A stretch of DNA of 63,377 nucleotides, counting the filler, from Rhabdomonas costata (Eukaryota), in assembly GCA_019059605.1 (NCBI GenBank). It is 39 parts of 39 records of this genome, joined end to end, with 100 filler letters (N's around TTAATTAATTAA, not from the genome) between each part and the next. Parts side by side here need not be neighbours in the genome. Positions count along the whole stretch, not along the records: positions 24,423 to 25,950 come from JAHMHO010013760.1; positions 26,051 to 27,578 come from JAHMHO010013761.1; positions 27,679 to 29,204 come from JAHMHO010013762.1; positions 29,305 to 30,832 come from JAHMHO010013763.1; positions 30,933 to 32,464 come from JAHMHO010013764.1; positions 32,565 to 34,091 come from JAHMHO010013765.1; positions 34,192 to 35,719 come from JAHMHO010013766.1; positions 35,820 to 37,346 come from JAHMHO010013767.1; 31 more parts are not named here. One strand, written 5' to 3'. This document shows positions 25,638-37,182 of this stretch, piece by piece (the stretch's first letter is position 1; every line of letters starts with the position of its first letter). The position numbers were made by a program, and so were the translations under genes. Under the pieces are notes generated by a model, which was given only the letters and a program-made list of their open reading frames with translations, made no database searches and had not been told where the DNA came from.

Positions 25638-27741
25638 TGGAGGTGCCCATGGGGACGTCATCCCACCCGTAAAAATACGCAAGTGATGAAATGAGGACAT
25701 TTCCCAAATCCCAAAAAAAAAACTTAGAGAGCTTTTCAGATCATGACAGATTTCACTGATGATGACGAAAACGATAACAATGATGGGGGATGAACAAAGT
25801 TTGTGTTTTTTCTCACGAGAACACGAGAATCAATTCGTCTGCTTTGGTTCACCGAAACTGGGGGTCAGACGGGTCAGGATAAAAGACAAAATTGGAGAAA
25901 TAATGGAATCGGAACTCAAAAGAACGCTAGGCGGCATTGGATTGCTTTCANNNNNNNNNNNNNNNNNNNNNNNNNNNNNNNNNNNNNNNNNNNNTTAATT
26001 AATTAANNNNNNNNNNNNNNNNNNNNNNNNNNNNNNNNNNNNNNNNNNNNTTTGTGGTGTTCGCCGTTGCATTTCTCCTATTTTGCGATTGGAGCTATTG
26101 TGAGGTGGCTGAGCCGTCCAACGTCCCCTGTGCCTTCTTCTCTCGCAAACTCGGGAACCCGCCTCCTCATTGCTCCACACGAGTGATCAGTAGTTTCTAT
26201 TGGTTGGTTTGGAATTGGATATGTCTTCTTGATTAACACCGTGTTTTGCGAGGATCCGATTGTCAATTTCTTGTTGTCCTCCTTGCATCACTTTTGTTGT
26301 GCGCCCTCCCCACAACACACACACACACACACACCCAAGCTAACAAACATTCGCGCACACACAGGCACAGTTCGTGCCCATTGCCGCCCGGGCGCAGCAG
26401 CCCAGCTGGGACCCCTCGGAGTCGCACTCCCAGTCCGTGGACTTGCGCCGCGGCGCCAGCTCTGGGCTCAGCCGATTCAGCAGCCGCCTGAATTCCCGCA
26501 GCCTCACCGTGCACCACTCCCAGCTGCCTACGAAGCGCAGCTCGGACTCAGGCCTACGGTCCACCCGCGACCTTGCCGGGGGGGTGCTCTCCACGAGAAG
26601 CTCCAGCGTGTCAGTGGTCGCTAGCCTCTCTCTGGGGATGCAGCCCAGAAAGGTAATGGGGCTGTCGTTTCCTGTTGCTGCGGGGTGGGTGGGGTGTGCA
26701 TGTACATCATGAAATAGTGTCAACACTAGTTAGAATTGTCGGGTGCAGCCTTGTCCTTCTGTCACCAGCACACTTGGGGCAGAAGGGAAGGGTTACCCGC
26801 ATGTGGAACGCTCGGTGGTGAGCCAGTACCCAACGGAACCGTGGGCTCGGATGGCACCTCTCGCGAGCACCCGTCAGTTGACGGTGACCAACAGTATCAG
26901 CCCTTCGTCCAACGCAACACGCTCACATCAGCGCAGTAGAAAGGGGATAAGCATAGGACCGGGACACCAAGCTCACATGAGCCAGCGCGTACCATGCAGT
27001 GCACATATGAATGATGTCACGCCCCCTCCCCCCTAAGAAAGAGCCAATGGTGGCCTTACGAAGACACAACCGCGGCAACACACTGGTGCGGACGTGGAGG
27101 ATTCATGGTAAACCTTACATGGGGGTAGAAGCCACGGGGGACACAAATAAGTGGGAACCTTGTGTTCAAGTGACTTTTGTGATGAAATGCGTTTGTTAGG
27201 CTGACCTGTTTATTTTTTGATCGAATTAGTTCAGAGTTCCACTTCATTTGGGAGCAAACAGAAGTAACCGAAGGAAATAATAGTCTGCAGAAAAATTGCC
27301 TCATTTTGGGACACAACATATATAATCTGTATCTGTTTATGCAATCAGTGTGAGCATCAGTGAAACCTTTGCAGCATTCGAGCGCAAGGTGAAGGAGAGA
27401 GACAGAGTCTGGTTCCAATGCTCATGAGGAGAGGGTCCGGAACCGAGGATAGCGAGGGCAGAGTTGAGGAGGTCGCCCCAAATGTTTGGTGGGTGCAATG
27501 GTGGTAGGGTGCCTTCCGTTTCCCTGGGATTCAGGTGAGTGTGGTGAGCCTGCAGTTCTACGGGCTCACCACACTCAANNNNNNNNNNNNNNNNNNNNNN
27601 NNNNNNNNNNNNNNNNNNNNNNTTAATTAATTAANNNNNNNNNNNNNNNNNNNNNNNNNNNNNNNNNNNNNNNNNNNNTGTGTGTTGGAAAACACCGATA
27701 TTGTACGGATACTGTCAAGCACTGTTGGTTCGAATCCGTCT

Positions 27742-28185
27742 TCATGGCCTAACACGCTGGTCTCCATTACGCGTAAGGTTGAAGGCAACTCTGGCCCCAC
27801 CACTACCAGGGGCCAGCAAGTGCCTGGTCGGAAGCATAAGTTGGAGTTGTCTGAAAATCGGAGTCTCGAGCAATCGCGAAACTTGATGGCTGATGTCTCT
27901 CTCTCTCGCACATGCGCGCAGGTCCCAGGTCCGTTCGCCGCGCCCACCCACCCGACGGACCTCAATGCGGGCCTTCTTCACCGGCCGCAGCCCCACGCAT
28001 AGCGCGCGGACAAAGCGGCTGCGGAGGTGCCTGGGGCGACCCTCTGTGGATAGGCCACGCTTCCGGAGCTCCTGCTTGAGCTCATCCACGGTAAGGGAGT
28101 TAGGGTCGCGGGGGAACAGCGAGGTGTCCCAGCCCTGGCCCCGGTCCCGCTCTTGTCGCAGATGCTTGTCCTTGGTGCGCGTCAT
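27742..28185 (-). CDS. SAP-domain protein
   Basis: PNSLTVDELKQELRKRGLSTEGRPRHLRSRF SAP motif following an ATG. Confidence 0.7.
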   Translation of the reverse strand: MTRTKDKHLRQERDRGQGWDTSLFPRDPNSLTVDELKQELRKRGLSTEGRPRHLRSRFVRALCVGLRPVKKARIEVRRVGGRGERTWDLRACARERDISHQVSRLLETPIFRQLQLMLPTRHLLAPGSGGARVAFNLTRNGDQRVRP

Positions 28186-29927
28186 TTTGACAGTGCAGTT
28201 TCGTCACCAAAGAAAGGCGTCAATAACACAGAGGGAAAAGAGGAGCAGAGCAAAAGGACAGAAGACAGAAAAACAAAGTGGGAGCCCACTTTTCTGAGAC
28301 AGCGAAGAGACTCGGGCTTTTTGGCTTTTTTGGTGAGTGGAGGGAGTTTCGAGCTTGGATACAGGCTGCTGAAAGGCTTGAGTGAACAAACTTCACCTAC
28401 CTTTACATACACAAAATCATATGGCAACTTCACAAAGCACACATTTATCATAAAACGTAATCCTACTCATTTTCGATATCACGCAACCAGCACTGCTGAT
28501 GTACAATGTTCACCGGATCACGGCAACTCACTTTTTCACTGTAAAACGTGACGTTTGCATCAAGCAGCAGGTTTTGCAACAAAAAGGGGCAAAAGCAATT
28601 TTTACCACCACATGCGAATGTGTCCATTGAAATTGTCAAAGCAGTGGCAGACGTTCGCATTCATAGGTCAAAGTGGCGAGAAAAAAAAGGTTGACGTTGA
28701 CATAGAATGCTACAACAAGATGCACGGTTACACTGCGCGTACAGGCACTGCAGGCACGAACTCACACACGACTGTACACACGTAGCGGTCATGAATGTCA
28801 CGGACTCCACAACTCAAGGCCTTTCACCCGGCGTTTGCTACTTCCCTGGAAACACCGCTCTGGTCAGAGCCGTGGGGGCAGGATGAACGCTTCGGGCCCT
28901 CACGGGCATATCCGCAACACCAGCCGCAGCGATCGCAGCGTCCCGTGGACTGGCAGCTAGCATGGCACCCGAAGAGACGGCACCTCAAAAAAAAACGCGT
29001 AGCACGAGTAATGGAATGAATGAGGAACAAACCACCAAAAGATCCTCGAGCAAGCACCACAACAAATAGTGCCCTTAGGGGAACAAAACCTGATGCACAA
29101 ACAACCACTCCTCCTCACCGCTTCAGAAAGGGCCAAACTAAGCCTTTGGTCGGAAACAGAGCTGCTTTCACATATCAAAACCACCCCCCAAACAACCCCA
29201 AACCNNNNNNNNNNNNNNNNNNNNNNNNNNNNNNNNNNNNNNNNNNNNTTAATTAATTAANNNNNNNNNNNNNNNNNNNNNNNNNNNNNNNNNNNNNNNN
29301 NNNNGGGGTGGGTGCCCCTAAAATAGGGTATTATAGCCATGAACGGTTTAAGAGGGCGAAGCCGAAGCAGGCCTGGGGTCTTTAGTATACACAGCAGGCC
29401 TCCCGAAACGCTGCGTGACCGGTCCTTTGGGTCAGAGTTTCCTGACCTTTCACCCTCGGTGGTAATGATGGTATTATAGAATAAATGTATTATGGGGGCC
29501 AAAATGGTGCTAGACGCTAAAAAAAGCGTTTCTCCAGTGAACCAAAGAGGACGTCCTAACTCACTGCAAAATATCTCCTGGAATCCCAGGGAACAGGTGC
29601 ATCGCCACCTGCGTGTAAAATGTGTATTGGTATGGTGAGGTATTACAGTAGACAGCTGCTCGGAAGCGGGCACTGAAGACTGGTGAGGGCGTGGGTGGCT
29701 GTGGCGCGTGTTATGGCGCGGCAGCTGGTGCGGGCCAGGCAGGTAGCCTGACCTTGCATGACTCCATCGTGATAAGTGGACCCGCCCGGGTGACAGTGAT
29801 ACAGTGATACAGTGATTTTTTGTGGTCGTATAATGGTACCAAAAGCATCGAAAATCATAAGCAGCAAGCCCGCAACTCATGCCACAAGAAGTGCACGGGG
29901 CGGTGGGGGCAAGCACGCAGGCACACC

Positions 29928-30649
29928 CCGCAGGGCCGCCTGTGGAGACGCCCAGGATCTCCTCCAGGGTGGCCTTGGCGTACCTCGAGGGGTCCTTGTC
30001 CGGGGGGCGAGGACCCACTTCTTTAGCCTCGTGTCCCACTGAAAGGAGAGATGGCGATTGCATTTCGAGGACAAGAAGGACAACGTCTCCAACGGACTCT
30101 CCTAGCAACTGAAACCAATGACACCATTTTTTTCGCTTCTGGCCGCATCGCATTAATTAAAGTGCCAGCAGAATGAAAGCAAGACAAAAGCGGTGAACAA
30201 GCAACAGGAGCTGAGTTTTGTGTGAAATCGTGGATAAGAACACACAGCCATGGTTGAAATCGACAGATTTTGAAATTGGCTTGATTTTGGGTGGAAGGTT
30301 TGGTGGAAAGAGAGAACTGCTTCCTGACGGCACAGAAACAGAACGAAGCGGTACAGAAGCAAAGGTTGGGGGTTAGGGTTGGGTTAGGTTAGGGTTGCAC
30401 AACAAAAAGCAAGCCAAGAATATGCGCACCTGGGCAACACTAAGACGTTAATTAAGCGCAAAGCTCCAACCGCATCAAGTCAATTCAACTCTGGGGCGTT
30501 ACCTGGAAGAAGTTCCGCTTCTTGGGGCTCTGCTCGACAAGCCGCTGGGAAGGCGGCCCCAGCACACACGCCATCTTGATGAGCTGGTCGGCCTCGTCTC
30601 TGCCATCAAACACGGGCTGCCCGGTGTGCATCTCCACCAGAATGGCTCC
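29928..30649 (-). CDS. DYRK1-type kinase, C-lobe (partial; exons 30649-30503 and ~30039-29928, apparent frameshift)
   Basis: GAILVEMHTGQPVFDGRDEADQLIKMACVLGPP...FF and LEEILGVSTGGPAG (cf. DYRK1 ILGVETGGPGG). Confidence 0.85.
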
Positions 30650-31653
30650 CTGAAAAAGCCACCCAATCCACCCCACCAATCTCTACCCATTCTCCACTTC
30701 GCAGTAAAAGGAAAGGAGTAACGCAGCACATTCTGTCACGATCCGTCGTGGGTGCGGAAGAGCGAATACAGGTATCAGGGATAATGAGAGCATTTACTGA
30801 GCCCCCCCCCCCCAAACACACACCCACATGGCNNNNNNNNNNNNNNNNNNNNNNNNNNNNNNNNNNNNNNNNNNNNTTAATTAATTAANNNNNNNNNNNN
30901 NNNNNNNNNNNNNNNNNNNNNNNNNNNNNNNNGTGGTGGGGTATACCCCAACGTCTTTTCACGTCACGTCAAAAGTGAGAGTTCGAGCAGAAGCGAGAGC
31001 TGTTACTGCACTCCTGTGATTGGTTGTGATGGGGAGAGGAGGCAGGTCGTGGCCTGGGATAGTGCACTGTCGAAGTTCCACTTCAGGACTTGATCCCTCT
31101 GCTGCTCTGACAGTCCCAAGGGCGGCGGGCACCCCGTCGTGACTTGACCATTCGCATTCAGATCAGTGCATTGCCCGGCTGCCATACGTTAAGGGAAAGA
31201 ACCTGCCTGGTCAGATCCAACAGCGAAAATATGGAACGCGGCGCCGAAAGACTGTAATAACGGAGGTGAAAGCGTCTGCGAAAGCCGCACGGCATTATGC
31301 GTAGTGTGGTGTTGGACGTGTTTTGAAAGTGTTGCGCTGGTTGGTAGGTTGTGGAGATCTGGAAGGGCAAGTTCCATTAACGGCATTTCTGACAATCCGT
31401 CCTGGGCGGCGGAATGAATGAACTAATGCGGGGGAAGAGGAAGAGGAGCCCATTTTGTCAGCGCGTGGTCGTTTTTCACCGGCAGGCAATCCATGTACCG
31501 AGGGGCCACATTTTCGATAGCACCGAACCACAAATCCAAAAACGGCACCGCTGGCACTCCTCGCCGGAAACTTGCCCGGGAACTCAGGCTGGAACCCTCC
31601 GGGAAGTCCATGCGCTACGAGAGAGAGAGAGATGGGTGTAAAGGGTTCAGCTA

Positions 31654-31737
31654 CAAACAAACAAACAAACAAACACAAACACAAACACAAACACAAACAC
31701 AAACACAAACACAAACACAAACACAAACACAAACAAA
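31654..31737. repeat. Compound microsatellite (AAAC)n + (ACACAA)n
   Basis: Direct inspection. Confidence 0.95.
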
Positions 31738-32084
31738 GTGTCCCGAAAGGTGGTCGATCACGCGCCGCGCCGGCACAACAACAACAGCAACAACAGAAGT
31801 GACGGTTGTCAGGGAGGGCAGGAGGGTAATTGTTCAGCAGTGACGGAAGCGAAGGTGTTGTATCTGCGCATGGCTGTACAGTACAGTGGACAACCGGAGG
31901 CGGAGGGTTCTTGGAAAACCTCACTGGCGCATTACACCACGGTTCTAAGGAGCTCCAAACCTCTGCACCCAACGCATTCGCCAAGGACGAACCGCTGGCA
32001 AAAGGCATGTGGTGGATAATAACTCGACCCCTGTGTGTGTGTATGTGTGGTGCGAAGTGTGAATTACGACTTCAGTCCCCCTGC

Positions 32085-32420
32085 TGACACGGGGGCTGGG
32101 CATTTCCTCCTGCGCATTTCTGAGCTCCGGCGCCTCATTCCTGCAGATCTCTCGCTGTGGGTAACTTCCCAGAACCAAGCGGAACTCTACTCCATCTTTC
32201 ATTGCATCCGACAGGCTGCCCTGCGCTCCCACACACATATATGTCGTCACAGACAGTACTGCCTCCTTTTACGCACTCAGTTCTGGGAGAGCGTCGCTCA
32301 CGCACCCTGTCTTTCCTTCGCATCCTTTGCCGAATCTGGCGAGTGGCAAACCAGTTTTCTCTTAAAAGTGCCCTTGCTCTCACGCCCTCTTGCTCAAACG
32401 CCGCCGACGCTGTATCTCGC
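32085..32420 (+). mobile_element. Degenerate DIRS/YR-retrotransposon RNase H (two frameshifts)
   Basis: Across frames: WVTSQNQAELYSIF / VVTDSTASFYALSSG / LRILCRI...LALTPSCSNAADAVSR; aligns by eye with the copy at 44810-45480. Confidence 0.75.
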
Positions 32421-32564
32421 ATCCATCAGCTCCCACCTCATCTCGTTCTTCTCCGATCCACAACNNNNNNNNNNNNNNNNNNNNNNNNNNNNNNNNNNNN
32501 NNNNNNNNTTAATTAATTAANNNNNNNNNNNNNNNNNNNNNNNNNNNNNNNNNNNNNNNNNNNN

Positions 32565-34091
32565 TGTACTTCAATTCGTTGTGGTGGATGGGGGTGGTAG
32601 GCCTCCAGGGGTGCTCATGGTGACATTGCCACAGTCCGATTTGTTGTCCCTGCTCACCCCCAGCCAGACGTTGTCTCTCCCCTTTGCGGTGGAGCTCTCA
32701 TTATCACTTCCAAATAATCACCCCCTGGGGTCCGTTCTTTCGTTCTCAGTTCTCGTGCAGGCACCCAGCACCGGAGCATTCGTCTCTGTTCCTTTCCAGG
32801 TGAAGGTCGTTTTGGAGCTTCGCACTTCACTGTCCGTGACGGTGTATGATCAGGTATCTGTGTACCTCAACCAGTCGGGCGTGTCAGGCGCCGTGGTAAC
32901 CCTCTCGAATGGCTTTCTGGGGTTTCAAAACAGCACCTATTCCGATGATTTAGGGAAGGCCTACTTCTACAACCTGAGCCCCTCGACGTATGACCTGATG
33001 GTAACTGCGTCGAGCCACGTGTCCTTTTCTGGTACAGTGGAGGTGAAGCCCTCACCGAGGGGAACCAGCTTTATGGCCTTTCTTTCTGCGCAGCTTGTGA
33101 CTTGGACTTGGGTTGTGACCCCAGTTCAGGTCACGGAGACGTACACGATGACCCTACAAGTGACCTTCTCCACGGTGGTGCCCGCTCCTGTGGTTGTAGT
33201 TACACCGTCCTTCGTTGATCTCAGGCAGTTGCCCGGTGAGTTTCTTGACCAAGGTTACACCACGCTTACCTTTCAGATGACCAACAAAGGTTTGATTGCC
33301 GCTCATGACCTTGAGCTGCCCGGACTCGAGTTGGGCTCAACCAATGTTGCTTTTGAGCTGATTGGAACGCTTCCCGCGTTGTTGGATCCGGATGAAACCA
33401 TTGCCGTGTTGGTGAAGGCCATCCTGAAGCAAACCGCGGTGCATGGGCGCCAGCGTCTACGCACAAGCTCGGCCTGCTCCAGGAGTCTACATGTTAGTGT
33501 AGGTATTTGGTATCCCTGTGGCGACAAGTCGGTCAAGTTTGCGTACCCCGCCTTTTCTTATGTCGACGACATGCCATGCCCCCCTGAGGGAGGTGGTTCC
33601 GGAGGATACGGATTGGTCGCTGTTGGAACATATCCGTTTTGCTCTTCGAATTGCCCCACTTTTTCACCTGTGTCTCCCGGTGGAATTGTTGATTATGCAC
33701 CGGTGCAAGTCAACGCTGTAGAAACATCGTGCAACTGCGCCTTTACGGTTGTCGGCTTTGCAGTATCTATCTTTTTCCCTGGGCTTTCCAAGCTTTTGGA
33801 ATTGTCGAAAAAGGCTGCAGAGCTAATGGAGACCTGCGTGGGTCCAGGAACCAGCCGCTCCGATCAGGGTATCTGTCTGGCGGAGCACGTAGCTAACTCG
33901 CAACTCGATAAGCTGTCAAAGAGCTTCATCCGCGAGGAACTCCTGGATCTTCTGGACAAAGTCTCGGGTGTGAAGGATATCTTCGATGCTTGTCCATTTG
34001 GCGGGAAGAGCTCCGGCTCTGGGGGCATTTCAGGTCTGTACGCCTTGTCTTTCAACAGGAGAGGATTCATAGGGTTTATGACCACAACAAC
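32565..34091 (+). CDS. Large intronless beta-rich surface protein fragment (carboxypeptidase-regulatory/Ig-like domains, Cys-rich tail), open at both ends
   Basis: ORF spans the entire contig; VSGAVVTL...GKAYFYNLSPSTYDLMVTASSH and LVTWTWVVTPVQVTETYTMTLQVTFSTVVPAPVV. Confidence 0.75.
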
Positions 34092-35043
34092 NNNNNNNNN
34101 NNNNNNNNNNNNNNNNNNNNNNNNNNNNNNNNNNNTTAATTAATTAANNNNNNNNNNNNNNNNNNNNNNNNNNNNNNNNNNNNNNNNNNNNGTGTTGGGT
34201 GTGGTTGGGGTTGGGGGGGAGAGAGAGGGAGGGTGAAACCAAAAGAAGTGGTGAAGAGGGAAGGGAAAAGCAGCACAAAAACGGGGTGGACTGGACAATG
34301 ACGCGTGAACAGGGAGCAAAGAGAGAAATCAACTGAAACACAAGTGTGTTCGGCCCTTGCCGACGCAATTCCAAAAACTTCTGGTGAATGGGTGTGTGTG
34401 TGTGTGTGTGTGTGCACGTGTAGTATGAGTGCGGAAATGGAGCAGAGAAATATGCACAAAAGTTTCATCAAACACAAATTAATTTTTTCAAAGAGTTCGC
34501 TCTGCGGGTCAGATTACTTGGGGTATGGTGTACTTGAGCGATCTGCTATTTGCTCCCATCGGGTGAAGGGCTGTGTTCTTACACGTTTCTGTAAACATAA
34601 GCAGATCTTTTATCTCAAAAACATTTTACAGACACGTTTTTCTTGCAATGCCTTGTACTGCCCATGGTTCATCCCCCCTCCCTGAAAAATACCGGGCGGG
34701 GCGACTACTTTCACATTTGCAATGTGGGGAGGTAGGGCACCATCAACATCCTGTGTTCCATGGGCCCCAACAGAGACCTCAAACATGCCTTTCCCGTCTA
34801 CCCCCGTACGAAGAAGAGAAGGCACTCACTGACGGAATGGTAACGACCGGATGGTAACGACCGCACCTTGATCGGGATGTGCAGACACTATTGCATACGT
34901 ACATCAAGGATATACGTATATCACAAAATACTGCGCGGCCTTGGACATCCAAGAAACGAGCGACGCACAGTGGAATGAAAATTATGTCTAGATTGGCCCA
35001 CCCATTTGCCCCAGGTGGTATGAAATGCAGGGACTTACTTTAC

Positions 35044-35715
35044 AGTTCGGTAAATGTAAAAGGAACCCTCCTGGAGATCATCAAAGCGGTAGGTGCGCCA
35101 GTGAAGCCGGCTGTCTCCGTCAATGTTCTGCTCCATCACGTCTAGCTCTCTGCCCCCATTCCTGGACAGCAGCACAATACCGTAGTGCTGAAAGTTGTCC
35201 TCTGCCTTGTCACCTAAACCACCACAGATAACTATACATACGAGAATTGCAACTTGCTGAATGGAACCAGTCGAGAAGAATGGAAAAGAAAGGATTTTCC
35301 CTCCATTAACACGGTTCTGTTGATGCTACAACTGCTACCTTCTACATGCTTTCTACATGCTTTCTCATTTCTTATCCAACCCATTGTCTTCACTTATAAT
35401 CTCTGCTTCTGTGCGAAGTGCTAACACACAGTGTTTTCCCCTCGCTGTTTGCAGTGTCGCTCTGAACAACCCATTGTTTGTTTGTTTGGAATCGGGAAAG
35501 TTTCTGATCATGCAACAGAGACGCACAAATACTAAACCGGCATACCCGCAGTCATCACCCCGTTGGCGTTGCGGAAAACGCACCGCTCAAAGCGAATAAT
35601 ATCCCCAGCCGCGGCCGAGGACAGGGGGATAATCCCAGTCTTCTTGTCATTGACCCACCGTAACCCAGGCTCCGATGTGGCTGCAGACGGCACATCGTAG
35701 CACGTCCCCCCACCC
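35044..35715 (-). CDS. CHAP/NlpC-P60-like cysteine-proteinase-fold protein (Bbc1/Aim3 C-terminal type) (partial; exons ~35715-35546 and 35213-35044)
   Basis: Spliced across a phase-1 GT-AG intron: GGTCYD...AGDIIRFERCVFRNANGVMTAGDKAEDNFQHYGIV...LDVMEQNIDG...YRFDDLQEGSFYIYRT. Confidence 0.7.
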
Positions 35716-36673
35716 AACANNNNNNNNNNNNNNNNNNNNNNNNNNNNNNNNNNNNNNNNNNNNTTAATTAATTAANNNNNNNNNNNNNNNNNNNNNNNNN
35801 NNNNNNNNNNNNNNNNNNNGGTTTGGGTTTGGGTTTGCCTTTGTGGTACCGATTGCCGTGCCGTACAAACGAAAGGTTTGTCCTCCGCTAATGGCTGCCG
35901 GCGTGTGTGATGTCGTCATCCTCAGTGACCAAGGTTTCTCTGGACCAAGGTTTCTCTCCGCCAATGGTGAAACAGTGGCTCGGTGGATCGCCGTTCATAT
36001 CCCTCAAGCTCACAGTAGAGAGGTGTTACCGCACCTGCAGCAGCTGCGCCGGATACTTTCTTACACTCGTTTTGTGAATCTCTGTCACACCCATCTGGAG
36101 CCCGGTAGAGCGCTCAGTATGACCTCCCGCCGTCTGTTTCGATGGGTGCAACCCTTGCTTGAGATATTGTTTCGGTGCATTGATGGAAGGTAAGGGGGAA
36201 ACCGAATAGAGTGGAGGTGTGTGGGGGGTGGGGTCAAGTAACATCATTGGAAAGGTTGTGACCGTGGTGCGGTTAGAAGGGACGGATGGAAGAGATGAAA
36301 GGGCGAAATAATGCCATCTTCTTTGGTTTTTGGTGGCGGTGCACAGGAAGTGGAGGAGGCTCGCGTGCGCTCGAGGCAAATTAAATGGGAGCGCCGCCAG
36401 GTTTGCGGGTGTGTGCGGTGCCATTTTCAGTGACGTTCCATTGGGCCGTCGTCTCGCTGCGTGTTTTGAAGGAGCTTTCTTTTTCTGCACTTTGTCCTCA
36501 GGCTTTATTCGGCAACCTTTCTGTACCCTGCCCTCACCCTGCCCCTACACATCATACCTCCAAAAGCAGCTGTCCGATCATTCTGCATTTTTTTTTAGAA
36601 ATTACAGTCGAAGGCTCATCATCATTAAGAGTTTCCAAAAGGAGCTCCGGCTTTCGGCTTTCGTTGTACACAG

Positions 36674-37182
36674 GAGAAGGAGAGGGAAGAGGAGGGGCGG
36701 GATACCGTCCGGAAGCAGGAGGCCGCGGAGATGGAGGAGCTCGGGGTGCGGGGTCGGACCGAGGCGCGGCTTTGGAAGGCCTTCGAGATCAAGGAGATCA
36801 TGGCAGAGGTACGGGCGGAGTCATTTTGTGGATGAGCGGGACGGGACGGCGTAAACTATGGTTGGATTTGAAGGATGCCCGCTGAGCCATGAGCGTTTGC
36901 ATATGTTTTATAGATGGGTGGGTGAATGGACGATGGACAGATGATGCCCACAATAAATTATGAACGTGAACATGCTTTTCTGGCTATTCTAGCGAAGACT
37001 TGTTGGCCACGCATCCCAAAATTTGACCTCCTGGCCTCTCTGAGTTCTGGTGAGGCACCTATGTTGCCTTAGGGGTTTATTTTCGGTTGCCTGGAGACAG
37101 GACATTCCTTTGGTCTTCGTTCTTAACAATGCAGGAGCGGCTGTACAAGAAGCTGAAGAAGAAGAAAATATCCAAAGAATAC
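36674..37182 (+). CDS. Charged coiled-coil protein exons (36674-36808 and 37135-37182)
   Basis: Phase-0 AG/GT-bounded exons: EKEREEEGRDTVRKQEAAEMEEL...|ERLYKKLKKKKISKEY. Confidence 0.55.

Noticed and set aside
26768..26925. Coding-like minus frame with an internal TGA (VTVN*RVL), also TGA-broken frames near 62830-63120; possible recoding
   Set aside because: No conserved gene in the window needs stop reassignment, TGG encodes the conserved Trp residues, and there is no homology or SECIS evidence.
31295..32008. 237-aa ORF with (CL)n and antisense (QT)n/(HK)n repeats
   Set aside because: Translation of a hexamer microsatellite.
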